From NCBI GenBank assembly GCA_964427125.1, contig CAYRSM010000003.1:1-40324 (forward strand): a stretch of 40,324 bases of DNA, given 5' to 3'. The position numbers and the translations under genes are program-made. The notes beneath the pieces were generated by a model. It was not told the DNA's origin. It worked only from the letters and a program-made list of their open reading frames with translations, and did not search any database. This document shows positions 1-8,506 of the stretch, piece after piece. This stretch comes from an uncultured archaeon (GTDB lineage Archaea; Aenigmatarchaeota; Aenigmatarchaeia; CG10238-14; SCSR01). Numbering within the stretch: position 1 is the stretch's first letter; the number at the start of each line of letters is the position of its first letter.

Positions 1-232
1 CGTCATAGGGGGGGGGTCGGGTGTGTCGTGGGGTGGGGTGGTGGGAACAGAGAGTGTGGTTGTGGGGCGGTGGGGGGGTGGGTGTGGGGGGGTGTTGTGG
101 GTGTTGCGGAATTTAAGGGCCCCGTTGTGGGGGGGGGGGGGGGGGGGGGGGGCGGCGCCAGCCCTCGGGCAGGGGGGGGGGGGGGGGGGGTGGGGGGGGG
201 GGGGGGCGGGGGCGGCAATGGCGGAAACGGGC
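1..232. repeat. Extreme G-rich (+ strand) low-complexity tract at the window edge, with homopolymer runs G24 (129-152), G19 (172-190) and G15 (192-206)
   Basis: Read directly from the sequence. ORFs 3..218(-), 23..241(+) and 28..258(+) translate to poly-Pro or poly-Gly and are by-products of the composition. Confidence 0.9.
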
Positions 233-393
233 TTGTTATAGTTACAACTTACTTCTAAACTGCACTCTGTCCAGCCTCTGCTCCATCATCAAAATGGGAC
301 AGGATGGAGTTAAAAGAACAAACGCCCTTCGGATTTCATTTTCCAGAAGCTAACATATTTTCATGTTGTGCTATCAAAGAAAGTCGGCACCAG

Positions 394-408
394 CCCCCCC
401 CCCCCCCC
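394..408. repeat. C15 homopolymer tract, intergenic, about 90 nt upstream of the LAGLIDADG gene at 500
   Basis: Counted directly: 'cag' followed by 15 C, then 'atgcgccc'. Confidence 0.9.
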
Positions 409-410
409 AT

Positions 411-456
411 GCGCCCAAAACCAACTTTCCCGTTACGCATGAACTCACCGGAAATG
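411..456 (+). repeat. Conserved 5' leader, copy A, ending in the 15-mer AACTCACCGGAAATG (442-456), 43 nt before the LAGLIDADG start codon
   Basis: Aligns by hand with 27227-27269: GCGCC-AA-CCAA-TTTC, about 12 nt, then an identical 15-mer. The spacing to the downstream ATG is nearly the same, 43 versus 42 nt. Confidence 0.6.
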
Positions 457-499
457 GGCACCCCAAAAGGGTATAGGGTACTCTCGACAATTCATAATA

Positions 500-1483
500 A
501 TGAAATTGATAGGACTTGCAGATTTGCCCAATGACACGGGTGTCAGTTTGTCGGAAAGGTTTAGGAAAGAATTATTTGCCAATGTTCTTTCTAAAATAAG
601 CGCTATCAGATTATCAGAAAAATTGAATGTCCATCCGGACACAGTCATGAACTTGCACAAAGGCAAGACTTTGATGAGATTGAAATATTTGAAAGATTTA
701 ATCGAACTGTCCGGCGTGTGTATTGATGTAGCGGAAAAAAGCGTTACAGGCATAAGAAGCAAAAAGAAAGACAAAGTTAGGATAAGATTTCCCATAGTAG
801 CTTCGCCGGAACTGGCGTCTGTCGTGGCCCATTGCATGGGAGACGGCAGCTTAACCAAGCGACAGTTCAGCTATTTTAACCAAAGGCGGGAGCTTGTGGA
901 AGCGGTTGTGCATGATGTTAAAAAATCTCTTTCGACTAACATCGACCCAGCAGTTTTCGTAAAATGTGGCGGCTGGGAGATAGAATACCCGACTAGCATC
1001 GGGAAGCTTCTTTTCCTGCTTGGCGCCCCGTTAAGCAAAAAAGTTTACAATCCCTTCAGAGTTCCAAAATGGATTATGTGCGGTTCAGATAATATCAAAG
1101 CTGCTTTCTTGAGAGCGCTGTTTGATGACGAAGGCTGGGTGAAGATTAAAATAAATCATAAAACAAAAACTGTGCGAAGAATGATTGGTATAAACATGAG
1201 TAAAAATCCGAGATTCCTGAAACAACACAAGCTGTTTTTCGAAGACATTAGATGTATGTTGGCAAGTGCGGGCATAGAGTCGTCCAAAGTCGTGAAGATG
1301 GGCAGGACAAAAAACGGTACCAATTTGGGTATCGTCATTTCGAATTTCAACAATCTGGCGATGTTTTCAACCAAAGTAGGTTTTGTAAGCGAATGCAAAC
1401 GTGAAAAATTGCTTGACTGCCTGACCAATTCCAAAAGATTCAATCTTGGTAAATTCAAACAACAACGTTTATTATTTAAGTAG
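500..1483 (+). CDS. Free-standing LAGLIDADG (double-motif) homing-endonuclease-like protein with an N-terminal HTH-like extension
   Basis: 327-aa ORF. It has two LAGLIDADG-type motifs, 'VVAHCMGDGSL' and 'FLRALFDDEGWV'. It is a paralogue of ORF 27312..28085, sharing 'FPI..LA..A...GDG.L', 'VP.W...G.D.I...L..LF..EG.V' and '.F.S..KREKL'. The gene is AT-richer than its neighbours. Confidence 0.8.
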   Translation: MKLIGLADLPNDTGVSLSERFRKELFANVLSKISAIRLSEKLNVHPDTVMNLHKGKTLMRLKYLKDLIELSGVCIDVAEKSVTGIRSKKKDKVRIRFPIVASPELASVVAHCMGDGSLTKRQFSYFNQRRELVEAVVHDVKKSLSTNIDPAVFVKCGGWEIEYPTSIGKLLFLLGAPLSKKVYNPFRVPKWIMCGSDNIKAAFLRALFDDEGWVKIKINHKTKTVRRMIGINMSKNPRFLKQHKLFFEDIRCMLASAGIESSKVVKMGRTKNGTNLGIVISNFNNLAMFSTKVGFVSECKREKLLDCLTNSKRFNLGKFKQQRLLFK

Positions 1484-1606
1484 GCACAATTATTATTAGC
1501 AGAGGTGGGTTTTGGAGTGAAAAATGTGAAACAAGCACTGGTGATTTGCGATGCCTGAAATAATCCCTGAATATGCTTGAAGAGTTCGTCGCTCTTCTTG
1601 GTTCAA

Positions 1607-2290
1607 ATGGGATATGATCGCACAATCGCCGTTTTCAGCCCAGATGGCAGACTTTTCCAGGTGGAATATGCCAAAGAGACGGTAAAGCGCGGCGCGACAG
1701 CTCTGGGCATAGTCTTCAAGGACGGCGTCCTGCTTGCGACAGTTAAAACGGTCACGAAGCTGATGGTCTCAGACGCGCTGGAGAAGCTCTTCCAGATAGA
1801 CGACCACATAGGCGCGGTTGCCGCCGGGTTCCTCTCGGACGCGAGGACTCTTGTGGGCCAGGCGAGGGTGAGGGCCCAGGTGCACAGGATAACCTACGAG
1901 GAGCCGATAGACACGTGGAACATAGCGAGGGTCTTCGGGGACAGGATGCAGTACTCCACTCTTATAGCCGGGCTGAGGCCGTTCGGAGTCTCCCTTTTGG
2001 TGGGCGGGGTGGACAAGTCGGGCACCCATCTGATAGAGTCTGACCCGTCCGGTATGCTGTTCGAGTGGAAGGCCTACGCCATAGGTAGGGGGGCGGTCCT
2101 TGCCAACAAGATACTCGAGCAAAAGTGGAGCGATGACATGACAGAGTCCGACGCCGTCAAGATGACCTACGACATCATAGGCAAGACCGAGAAGGACAAG
2201 AAGGAGAACATGGTGGACATATCGATAATCAAGAAGGGCGCCAGGTTCAGGAAGCTCTCCGAGGAAGATATAAAGAAGCTGCTAAAGTAG
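1607..2290 (+). CDS. psmA: Proteasome subunit alpha
   Basis: The N-terminus 'MGYDRTIAVFSPDGRLFQVEYAKE' is the canonical alpha-subunit signature. The tracked ORF begins at a TTG at 1577, but the ATG at 1607 gives the conserved N-terminus. Confidence 0.93.
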   Translation: MGYDRTIAVFSPDGRLFQVEYAKETVKRGATALGIVFKDGVLLATVKTVTKLMVSDALEKLFQIDDHIGAVAAGFLSDARTLVGQARVRAQVHRITYEEPIDTWNIARVFGDRMQYSTLIAGLRPFGVSLLVGGVDKSGTHLIESDPSGMLFEWKAYAIGRGAVLANKILEQKWSDDMTESDAVKMTYDIIGKTEKDKKENMVDISIIKKGARFRKLSEEDIKKLLK

Positions 2291-2293
2291 GTC

Positions 2294-2878
2294 CTAGTAC
2301 TTTATGTTGGATGTTAGTGTTCTTTCGGATTCCCTGAGTTTCTTTTCTATGAGTTCTTCTATTTCCATTTCATCTGCCCCGAGAATGCTGTCCTCAAAGT
2401 ATTTTATTTTGCCATCGTAGTTGATAATCTTCTCCTTGCCAGTGGCCTTGCGGAGCTCTACGGCGGCCCCAGCGCTCAATTCTCCAGCACGCTTCTCCAG
2501 CACAATCTCATATTTCTTCAATGATTCCCTTATCTCAACAATCGCCGAATCAAGCTCCTTGCCGTTGACGCTAACTTCCAAGTCCTGGGCTTTCAGCAAG
2601 CCAGCATAAGCAAGTGCCGTGTCTATGGCATTTTTGTCAAGATGGTATATCTGTTTCATCTTTTCAACGCTGTTGCTTGCCCTCATCCACGAAGATTTGT
2701 AAGCCAGTGATTTTCCGGCATCCGACTCAATCTTCACGAGAAGCTCGTACATTGCCATGTTCAGACCGCTAATCCAGTTGTCGTATGCACCGATTGTCAC
2801 ATCGACCTTTGTCTTGCCCGTTTGCTTGAGCGTGCTTGCATACTTTTCAACATCCGATTCCATCGACATACGGCGCAC
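2294..2878 (-). CDS. Hypothetical protein, predicted mostly helical and acidic
   Basis: 194-aa ORF filling the gap between psmA and the next gene. I recognise no motif. Confidence 0.55.
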   Translation of the reverse strand: MRRMSMESDVEKYASTLKQTGKTKVDVTIGAYDNWISGLNMAMYELLVKIESDAGKSLAYKSSWMRASNSVEKMKQIYHLDKNAIDTALAYAGLLKAQDLEVSVNGKELDSAIVEIRESLKKYEIVLEKRAGELSAGAAVELRKATGKEKIINYDGKIKYFEDSILGADEMEIEELIEKKLRESERTLTSNIKY

Positions 2879-2959
2879 CTAATAGACAATAGGAACGAAA
2901 ACCTTATAAAGCTTAATTTTGTCACTACCTTTGGATAATCAATATTTAATACTTTAGCA

Positions 2960-3781
2960 GTGCAAAATAATAGCATGGATGATTTGATGAGAGAGGCGCT
3001 TGAGACAGAACTGTACGGCAAAATCAGCATCGGAAAAGCAGAGTCGGGGTCTTATGACCGACCTGAGGAAGCGAAGCGACTTTCGTCGAAACCCTTCGGC
3101 GTGGACCGTTTTTATCTGGTGTCTAATGAGGATTACTGCGATGCATCATTATCCGCGGTGGGTTCTTTGGTCGGAATCATATATTATATCGGAGTCTGCG
3201 GTGGAGGCACCCAAAATCTTTGTCTGTTGGGAAAGCTGCTCGAGAAAAACAACATAGAACGAATAAGACTGGTGGACAAGGAAAGGCGCCAGTTGGACAA
3301 TCTGGGCAAAATCGGGGACATATACAACAAATCCGATGGCGATGAAAAATACAGCGCCGCACTTATCCGGCATGCCGGCGGACCATTGAACATGATATAC
3401 GCAAGCGTGAACGAGAGAAAGCCAAAGATACGCAGGGATATAACGATTGACACCTGGATGGGGTTGGCAGAGGATTATTTGAAAAACAATGTGAATGAAA
3501 GGGGCAGATATTTCGTGTATCTTTCGAATGCCCTGTTCGGCTGGATAAAGGAGGGCGAGTCGTGCGAAATGTTGGACAGAATCTTGTCTGACGAGAAGTT
3601 CGAGGACGGCTCGGCAGTTTTCTTCTACTCTGTCAGGAGGCACGGCGGGGTGATGCTTGAGAAGAGGAACGGGAGCCTGTCGTCTCCGGACGGCGCGGCG
3701 GTGTACATGCCTGAAGAAAGGAAGGTAGTTTACAAGGACGATGATATCCTGAGCAAACTGTCGAAGACGCTGCACATTTAG
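2960..3781 (+). CDS. Hypothetical protein
   Basis: 273-aa ORF. Its coding strand was chosen over the antisense shadow ORF 3149..3775, whose translation is low-complexity and Arg/Pro/His-rich. No confident family assignment. Confidence 0.55.
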   Translation: MQNNSMDDLMREALETELYGKISIGKAESGSYDRPEEAKRLSSKPFGVDRFYLVSNEDYCDASLSAVGSLVGIIYYIGVCGGGTQNLCLLGKLLEKNNIERIRLVDKERRQLDNLGKIGDIYNKSDGDEKYSAALIRHAGGPLNMIYASVNERKPKIRRDITIDTWMGLAEDYLKNNVNERGRYFVYLSNALFGWIKEGESCEMLDRILSDEKFEDGSAVFFYSVRRHGGVMLEKRNGSLSSPDGAAVYMPEERKVVYKDDDILSKLSKTLHI

Positions 3782-3790
3782 AAAGTAAAC

Positions 3791-4528
3791 TCATTTCCTG
3801 CCTATCCTCCACACCATGTTGAAGTGGTCTGCAAAGTTCCTCGCTATCTCAGCGCTCCTTATCAGTATGGCCACGGGGCTGTCGGACCACAGGATGATGC
3901 CCACGTTGTCGCCGTATATCGAAATGCTTGTGGGCGAGACGTACTCATTTGGCAGCACCCTAACCTCAACAAGCCTGTACTTGCTCAGAAAGCTGGCGTC
4001 CCTTCTTGTCGTGACAATTTTCATACTCATCCCTTTCTTTACACGCTCCGATGTGAACCTCGGCAGGAAACCTTTCAGCAATTCCTCAGTCCTGTCTATG
4101 TCCGTGGCAATCACGTAGATGGTCTTGCCTACTCTCAGCTCGTCCAAGAACAAAGTCTTTATACCCTCCTTTCCCTCCAGAATTTCCGCGGTCGTGCCGG
4201 CTGGTCTCTGCGACATCGATTCCAGTTCCGGGATTATCTTGGTGAGTTCACGTCTTGTCTCCCTGAGTTCGTCCTCCTTCTCGCCGAGGATGTCAAGGAA
4301 TTTCGAAGGAGGGACTGCTTTGTAGAAAGTCATCCCTGATTTTTCTATCAGTGATACGATGCCCTTCTCAGCAAGCCTGCGGACCACGTCGTACACTATC
4401 CTCCTGTGCATGTTCGCTGCCTTGCCCAGGCTGCTCGCTGTTGACTCTCCGACCACTATAAGTTTTCTGTACACGCGCGCCTCATTCTCAGTAAATCCCA
4501 GTTTTTTCAGAGCCTCGTCGATTTCCAT
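3791..4528 (-). CDS. TrmB-family transcriptional regulator
   Basis: The N-terminus 'LKKLGFTENEARVYRKLIVVGESTASSLGKAANMHRRIVYDVVRRLAEKGIV' is typical of the TrmB winged-helix domain. The length fits an HTH plus an effector-binding domain. Confidence 0.8.
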   Translation of the reverse strand: MEIDEALKKLGFTENEARVYRKLIVVGESTASSLGKAANMHRRIVYDVVRRLAEKGIVSLIEKSGMTFYKAVPPSKFLDILGEKEDELRETRRELTKIIPELESMSQRPAGTTAEILEGKEGIKTLFLDELRVGKTIYVIATDIDRTEELLKGFLPRFTSERVKKGMSMKIVTTRRDASFLSKYRLVEVRVLPNEYVSPTSISIYGDNVGIILWSDSPVAILIRSAEIARNFADHFNMVWRIGRK

Positions 4529-4632
4529 AATAACAATTTGACGCGCCCGCTTAAAGCAGTCACGGTGTGGTCACCCTTGTCACCAATCCGTTTTATTACC
4601 TCACAGTGCTAAAGGATTGTTGGTGTCGTGAC

Positions 4633-5235
4633 ATGAACGGGGCGATAATGTTCGTGACCGGAAACAAAGGCAAGCTGGTCGAGGCGAAGTCTGTCATTCC
4701 AAGCATCGTGCAGCTTGATGTCGATCTGCCTGAGATACAGGAGACGGATCCCAGAAAGGTGATAGAGGCGAAGCTCAGAGAGGCGTTCAAGTACGGGAGC
4801 GGGCGCTTCATGGTCGAGGACACATCGCTGTATCTAGACTGCCAGAAAGGTTTCCCGGGACCTCTGATAAAGTGGTATCTGAAGGCTCTGTGCAACAAGG
4901 GACTGTACGAGCTCGTCAGGATGTACGGCAACTATGGCGCCGAGGCGAGGACGGTGATAGGCTATGCCGAAAGCCCGGACAAGATACATTACTTCGAGGG
5001 TTCGGCGAGGGGAAAGGTTGTAGCTCCCGCAGGCGGCGCGGGGTTCGGTTGGGACCCAATTTTCCAGCCTGACGGACATTCGAAAAGTTTTGCCGAGCTG
5101 GACCCGGTCGAGAAGAACAGGATAGGCATGAGGCGGATTGCCGTCGAGAAGCTGAAGGCTTACATAGAATCCGGAGAAAGGGACAGTGTCGTCAGTCCGT
5201 TGAAAAAAGCGGGAGGCGAGCTGTATGAAGTATAG
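4633..5235 (+). CDS. Non-canonical purine NTP pyrophosphatase (Ham1/RdgB/ITPase family)
   Basis: 'IMFVTGNKGKLVEAK', 'EDTSL', 'PGPLIKW' and 'GFGWDPIFQPDG..SFAEL...EKN' are Ham1-family motifs. I prefer the ATG at 4633 to the GTG at 4567. Confidence 0.88.
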   Translation: MNGAIMFVTGNKGKLVEAKSVIPSIVQLDVDLPEIQETDPRKVIEAKLREAFKYGSGRFMVEDTSLYLDCQKGFPGPLIKWYLKALCNKGLYELVRMYGNYGAEARTVIGYAESPDKIHYFEGSARGKVVAPAGGAGFGWDPIFQPDGHSKSFAELDPVEKNRIGMRRIAVEKLKAYIESGERDSVVSPLKKAGGELYEV

Positions 5236-6142
5236 GGCCTTGGTACGCGTGCTCACGGGGTGCAACATAAAGTGCAGGCATTGCTATGTCAGCGCGAATG
5301 ATTTCAAGAACGAGCAGTTCAGCTACGACCAACTGAAGACAGTCATAGACAGGCTGGCGGACTTCGGAGTAGACTCGATAATTTTCACCGGCGGTCAGCC
5401 GACACTTGCTGGAAAGGACCTCATCGACAGCATAAGCTACGCCTCCTATAAGAGGGCCGAGACGGGCTACCCGAAAAGGATAGAGGTAACGACAAATTCC
5501 AGCATAGGCAGGGACAGAAAGACAGCAGACTACTGGATATCAAGCATGAAGCGTGCCGGCTTGGACAGGATACGCCTCTCGGCCGACGAGTACCACAGGG
5601 AGTTCCTGCCGAAGGAGTTCGAGGACCTGGTGATGGAAGTGGCAAAGGAAAATGATATGCAGGTTAAGATAATGGAAGTGGTGAGCCCGAATAACCGCAT
5701 CGACAGCAACATCGAGACCGAGGACAGGAAGACGTTCGCGCTCAGGCCGGGCGGCAGGGCTTTCAGCGAGGATCTTAGACAGGGATGGGACAACACGCCG
5801 AGCTGCAGGATTCACCAGTCATATAGCAGGAAAAAGGAAGAGACATCGATATTCATACACCCGACTGGCGATGTATACACATGTAATGTCGGCGCCGCAA
5901 AGGAGCTTTCCCTAGGCAACATGCTTGTGGACGACCTTGACGAGATACTATACGGGAAGAAAAGCGGGGTGCTTGGCGCGCTTGCCGAGGGCGACGTTGC
6001 GGGACTGGGAAAATCTTTGAAATATAGCGGTGAGGAGACAAAGCTTATTATAGGCGCCTATGGGAGATGCGGGGCTTGCTGCAAGATGCGCGAGGCCATG
6101 AAATCCCTGCCTGATAAGGCCGAAGTGGGACATTGGGGATAA
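5225..6142 (+). CDS. Radical SAM protein with a SPASM/twitch-like C-terminal region
   Basis: CxxxCxxC motif 'CNIKCRHC' at 5261-5284, 'IIFTGGQPTL', C-terminal 'IHPTGDVYTCN....LGNM..D.L.EIL' and a terminal 'CGACC'. The start overlaps the Ham1 gene by 11 nt. Confidence 0.8.
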   Translation: MKYRALVRVLTGCNIKCRHCYVSANDFKNEQFSYDQLKTVIDRLADFGVDSIIFTGGQPTLAGKDLIDSISYASYKRAETGYPKRIEVTTNSSIGRDRKTADYWISSMKRAGLDRIRLSADEYHREFLPKEFEDLVMEVAKENDMQVKIMEVVSPNNRIDSNIETEDRKTFALRPGGRAFSEDLRQGWDNTPSCRIHQSYSRKKEETSIFIHPTGDVYTCNVGAAKELSLGNMLVDDLDEILYGKKSGVLGALAEGDVAGLGKSLKYSGEETKLIIGAYGRCGACCKMREAMKSLPDKAEVGHWG

Positions 6143-6158
6143 CTAAGAGGCTGGGAGT

Positions 6159-7208
6159 ATGGATGACAATGTTTCGTACGATGAGAAGCTCTACGATGCC
6201 GTGAGAAAAAAAATCGGCGACTTTGAAGTGATAGAGACTCACATGTCCCGCGTATACCTTGGGAGGCATGAGGTAATCAAGACATTCAAATCCATAGACC
6301 TGGGTTTCGTAGACATGACGCCCCTCGAGAAGAGAAGAGAGTCCTGCATCAATACGGCGCTTATAGACACTGTCTACTCACCGGACCTTAACACAAGAGT
6401 AGCGACCGTAATTTCGTTGGATGGTCTGGACACAGTCAGAGAGGGCGTCGTGGAAGAGTCCGGACTCGGCCGTTCGGAAATTATAAAGGACTACGCCGTT
6501 GTGATGCGGCGTTTCGATTCGCAAAGTGGACTGTCAGTGCTTTACGAAAGCGGACATGTGACAGACCTTCATGCCAAACAGATAGGGCATCTCTTAGCCG
6601 ATGCTCACAGGAAGGCGGAGACAAGCGGCGGAATCTCTCGCATAGGCTACGTCGCAATCACGTCAAACTTCGATGAGTGTTTCCGCATAACGCAGGGATA
6701 CGTTGGAAAATCCATTTTCATGGCCGACTATGATATAATACATTCGTGCTATCAAAAGTTCGTCAGTCAAAACGCAGAATACCTGCGTGGAAGGATGGAT
6801 AATGGCTTCATCAGGAGGTGCCACGGCGACGCGCATTCCGGGAACATGTTCGTGGAGGACGGCAGGGTGAAGATATTCGACGGCATAGGCTTCAAGGACG
6901 AGTTCAGCTTCATGGACGTCGTGGCAGACTTTGCATTCGCGTACATGGATGCGGTGGTTCATGGGTACGAGAGTTTTGCGGAGGTCATGAAGAAGGCTTA
7001 CGTTGGGAAGACCGGAGACTCTGAGGGTGTGGAGAGACTCCTTGACTTTTACGTTGCCTATCGCGCCTTCGTGAGGGGAGAGGTGACAACCATGAAGGCC
7101 CTTGGCATGCCTGATGCGGAGAAGGAAAAGTTGTTTTCGGAAGCAGGAAAGTATTTCGAGCTGTCTAAAAAGTACATATTGAAGTCTGTCGGGATGGAGG
7201 GGAGCTGA
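6159..7208 (+). CDS. Aminoglycoside-phosphotransferase-like (APH / protein-kinase-like fold) kinase
   Basis: Catalytic-loop motif 'CHGDAHSGNMF' followed by 'KIFDGIGF' as the DFG-equivalent Asp. 349 aa. Confidence 0.7.
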   Translation: MDDNVSYDEKLYDAVRKKIGDFEVIETHMSRVYLGRHEVIKTFKSIDLGFVDMTPLEKRRESCINTALIDTVYSPDLNTRVATVISLDGLDTVREGVVEESGLGRSEIIKDYAVVMRRFDSQSGLSVLYESGHVTDLHAKQIGHLLADAHRKAETSGGISRIGYVAITSNFDECFRITQGYVGKSIFMADYDIIHSCYQKFVSQNAEYLRGRMDNGFIRRCHGDAHSGNMFVEDGRVKIFDGIGFKDEFSFMDVVADFAFAYMDAVVHGYESFAEVMKKAYVGKTGDSEGVERLLDFYVAYRAFVRGEVTTMKALGMPDAEKEKLFSEAGKYFELSKKYILKSVGMEGS

Positions 7209-7210
7209 GC

Positions 7211-7966
7211 ATGGCAAGGATGTACATTGTGGCCGGGTACGTCGCCTCAGGAAAGACGACAGTAGCAAACAGGCTGGCGGAGGTGACAGGGGCAAGCATA
7301 ATCAGGACCGACGAGATAAGGAAGGAATTTTTCCCGCTCGAGTTCGATTACAGTGGAAGAGTGCCGTCGCCTTCAGACATAATGAGATGGCTGGAGTCCA
7401 ACGACATGGCAAGGACAGACCTCCAACAGGTTCTGAACCCGCTGAAGATGTTGGGGGGAGCCGCCTACCGGCAGGTTGTCGATGAGTACTCGCACATGGT
7501 GGATGTGCAGAAAGAGATGGTGTACAACACAGCTTTCGACCGTCTCAATGGCTGCCTGTCAGCGGGACGGGATGCCATTTTTGACGCAACATTTTCCAGG
7601 AAGGAACTGAGGGAAAGGGTGTACCGCATCGCGCGCAGGAACATGGTGAAAGGAATTTATATCATGCAGGTAGTCTGCGGCGAGGGCGCTGTGAAGAGGC
7701 GCCTTGCCGCAAGGAGAAGGCGGCCGCCCGGCAGGGTCGTGTCAAACGCGAAACAGCTTGACGTCTACAGGGCTATAAAAAGGGAATTTGACGAAAGCCG
7801 CATCGAGGATGACAGTGCTGGGGAGATTGCGCTTAGGAGGCTTGTGTACCACACCGACACGCACGCGATGGAGATGCACGGCGAACCGGACGAGGTAACG
7901 GAGCTAATAAGGGACAGGGTCCTGTGCCATCTGAAAAGCAGGTTCGGTCCGAAGCCGCGTTCATGA
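7211..7966 (+). CDS. P-loop NTPase/kinase-like protein (AAA_33/zeta-toxin-like class)
   Basis: Walker A 'AGYVASGKTT' at the N-terminus. It starts 3 nt after the APH-like gene. APH plus P-loop occurs as a single fused protein in bacteria ('bifunctional aminoglycoside phosphotransferase/ATP-binding protein'). Its stop shares the palindrome TCATGA (7961-7966) with the convergent gene. Confidence 0.7.
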   Translation: MARMYIVAGYVASGKTTVANRLAEVTGASIIRTDEIRKEFFPLEFDYSGRVPSPSDIMRWLESNDMARTDLQQVLNPLKMLGGAAYRQVVDEYSHMVDVQKEMVYNTAFDRLNGCLSAGRDAIFDATFSRKELRERVYRIARRNMVKGIYIMQVVCGEGAVKRRLAARRRRPPGRVVSNAKQLDVYRAIKREFDESRIEDDSAGEIALRRLVYHTDTHAMEMHGEPDEVTELIRDRVLCHLKSRFGPKPRS

Positions 7967-8506
7967 ATTTTCCTTTGCGTATGCGGCGCCTTCAGATATA
8001 GCCTTCTCGTCGATTGGTATCATCTCCTTCTTGCCGTGCAGCATATCTGGAAGCGTCGACTCTACCAAGGTCTTTGCGGATATGATTCTTGTCCTCTCGG
8101 CGAAAGCGCCCAGCACGATCATGTTTGCCAGCAGTGACTTTCCCATCTTGTCGGCAAGCTCTGTAGCAGGAATTGCCAAAATCTTTATGTCAGGCCTGGC
8201 GGGCTTCTTCGGGGTGAGCGAGCTGTTGTATATCAGAAGGCCGCCGCGCTTCACCGCGGGTTCGAACATGCTCATCGAGGGGAGGTTCATCGTTATCATA
8301 ACGTCCGGCCTGTCGACAAGAGGCGATTCCCCCTGCCTTTCGGATATGGTTATGTAGCAGTTCGATGTGCCGCCCCTGCTCTCCGGGCCGTAGGAAGGTA
8401 CGAAGGTGACGTGCTTTCCCTCGAGCATCGCCGTGTAAGCTATCATCGTTCCGAGCAGCTGCACTCCCTGCCCGCCGAACCCCGCGACCTTTATACCGAT
8501 CTTCAT
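7961..8506 (-). CDS. 2-oxoacid:ferredoxin oxidoreductase, gamma subunit
   Basis: 'MKIGIKVAGFGGQGVQLLG...SYGPESRGGTSNCYITIS' is typical of the gamma subunit. The ATG at 8506 overlaps the beta-subunit stop in an ATGA, so the tracked longer ORF up to 8569 was rejected. Confidence 0.88.
   Translation of the reverse strand: MKIGIKVAGFGGQGVQLLGTMIAYTAMLEGKHVTFVPSYGPESRGGTSNCYITISERQGESPLVDRPDVMITMNLPSMSMFEPAVKRGGLLIYNSSLTPKKPARPDIKILAIPATELADKMGKSLLANMIVLGAFAERTRIISAKTLVESTLPDMLHGKKEMIPIDEKAISEGAAYAKENS

Noticed and set aside
3-258. Three overlapping ORFs encoding poly-proline or poly-glycine proteins
   Set aside because: They are a direct consequence of the poly-G/poly-C low-complexity tract. 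There is no start context and no plausible protein.
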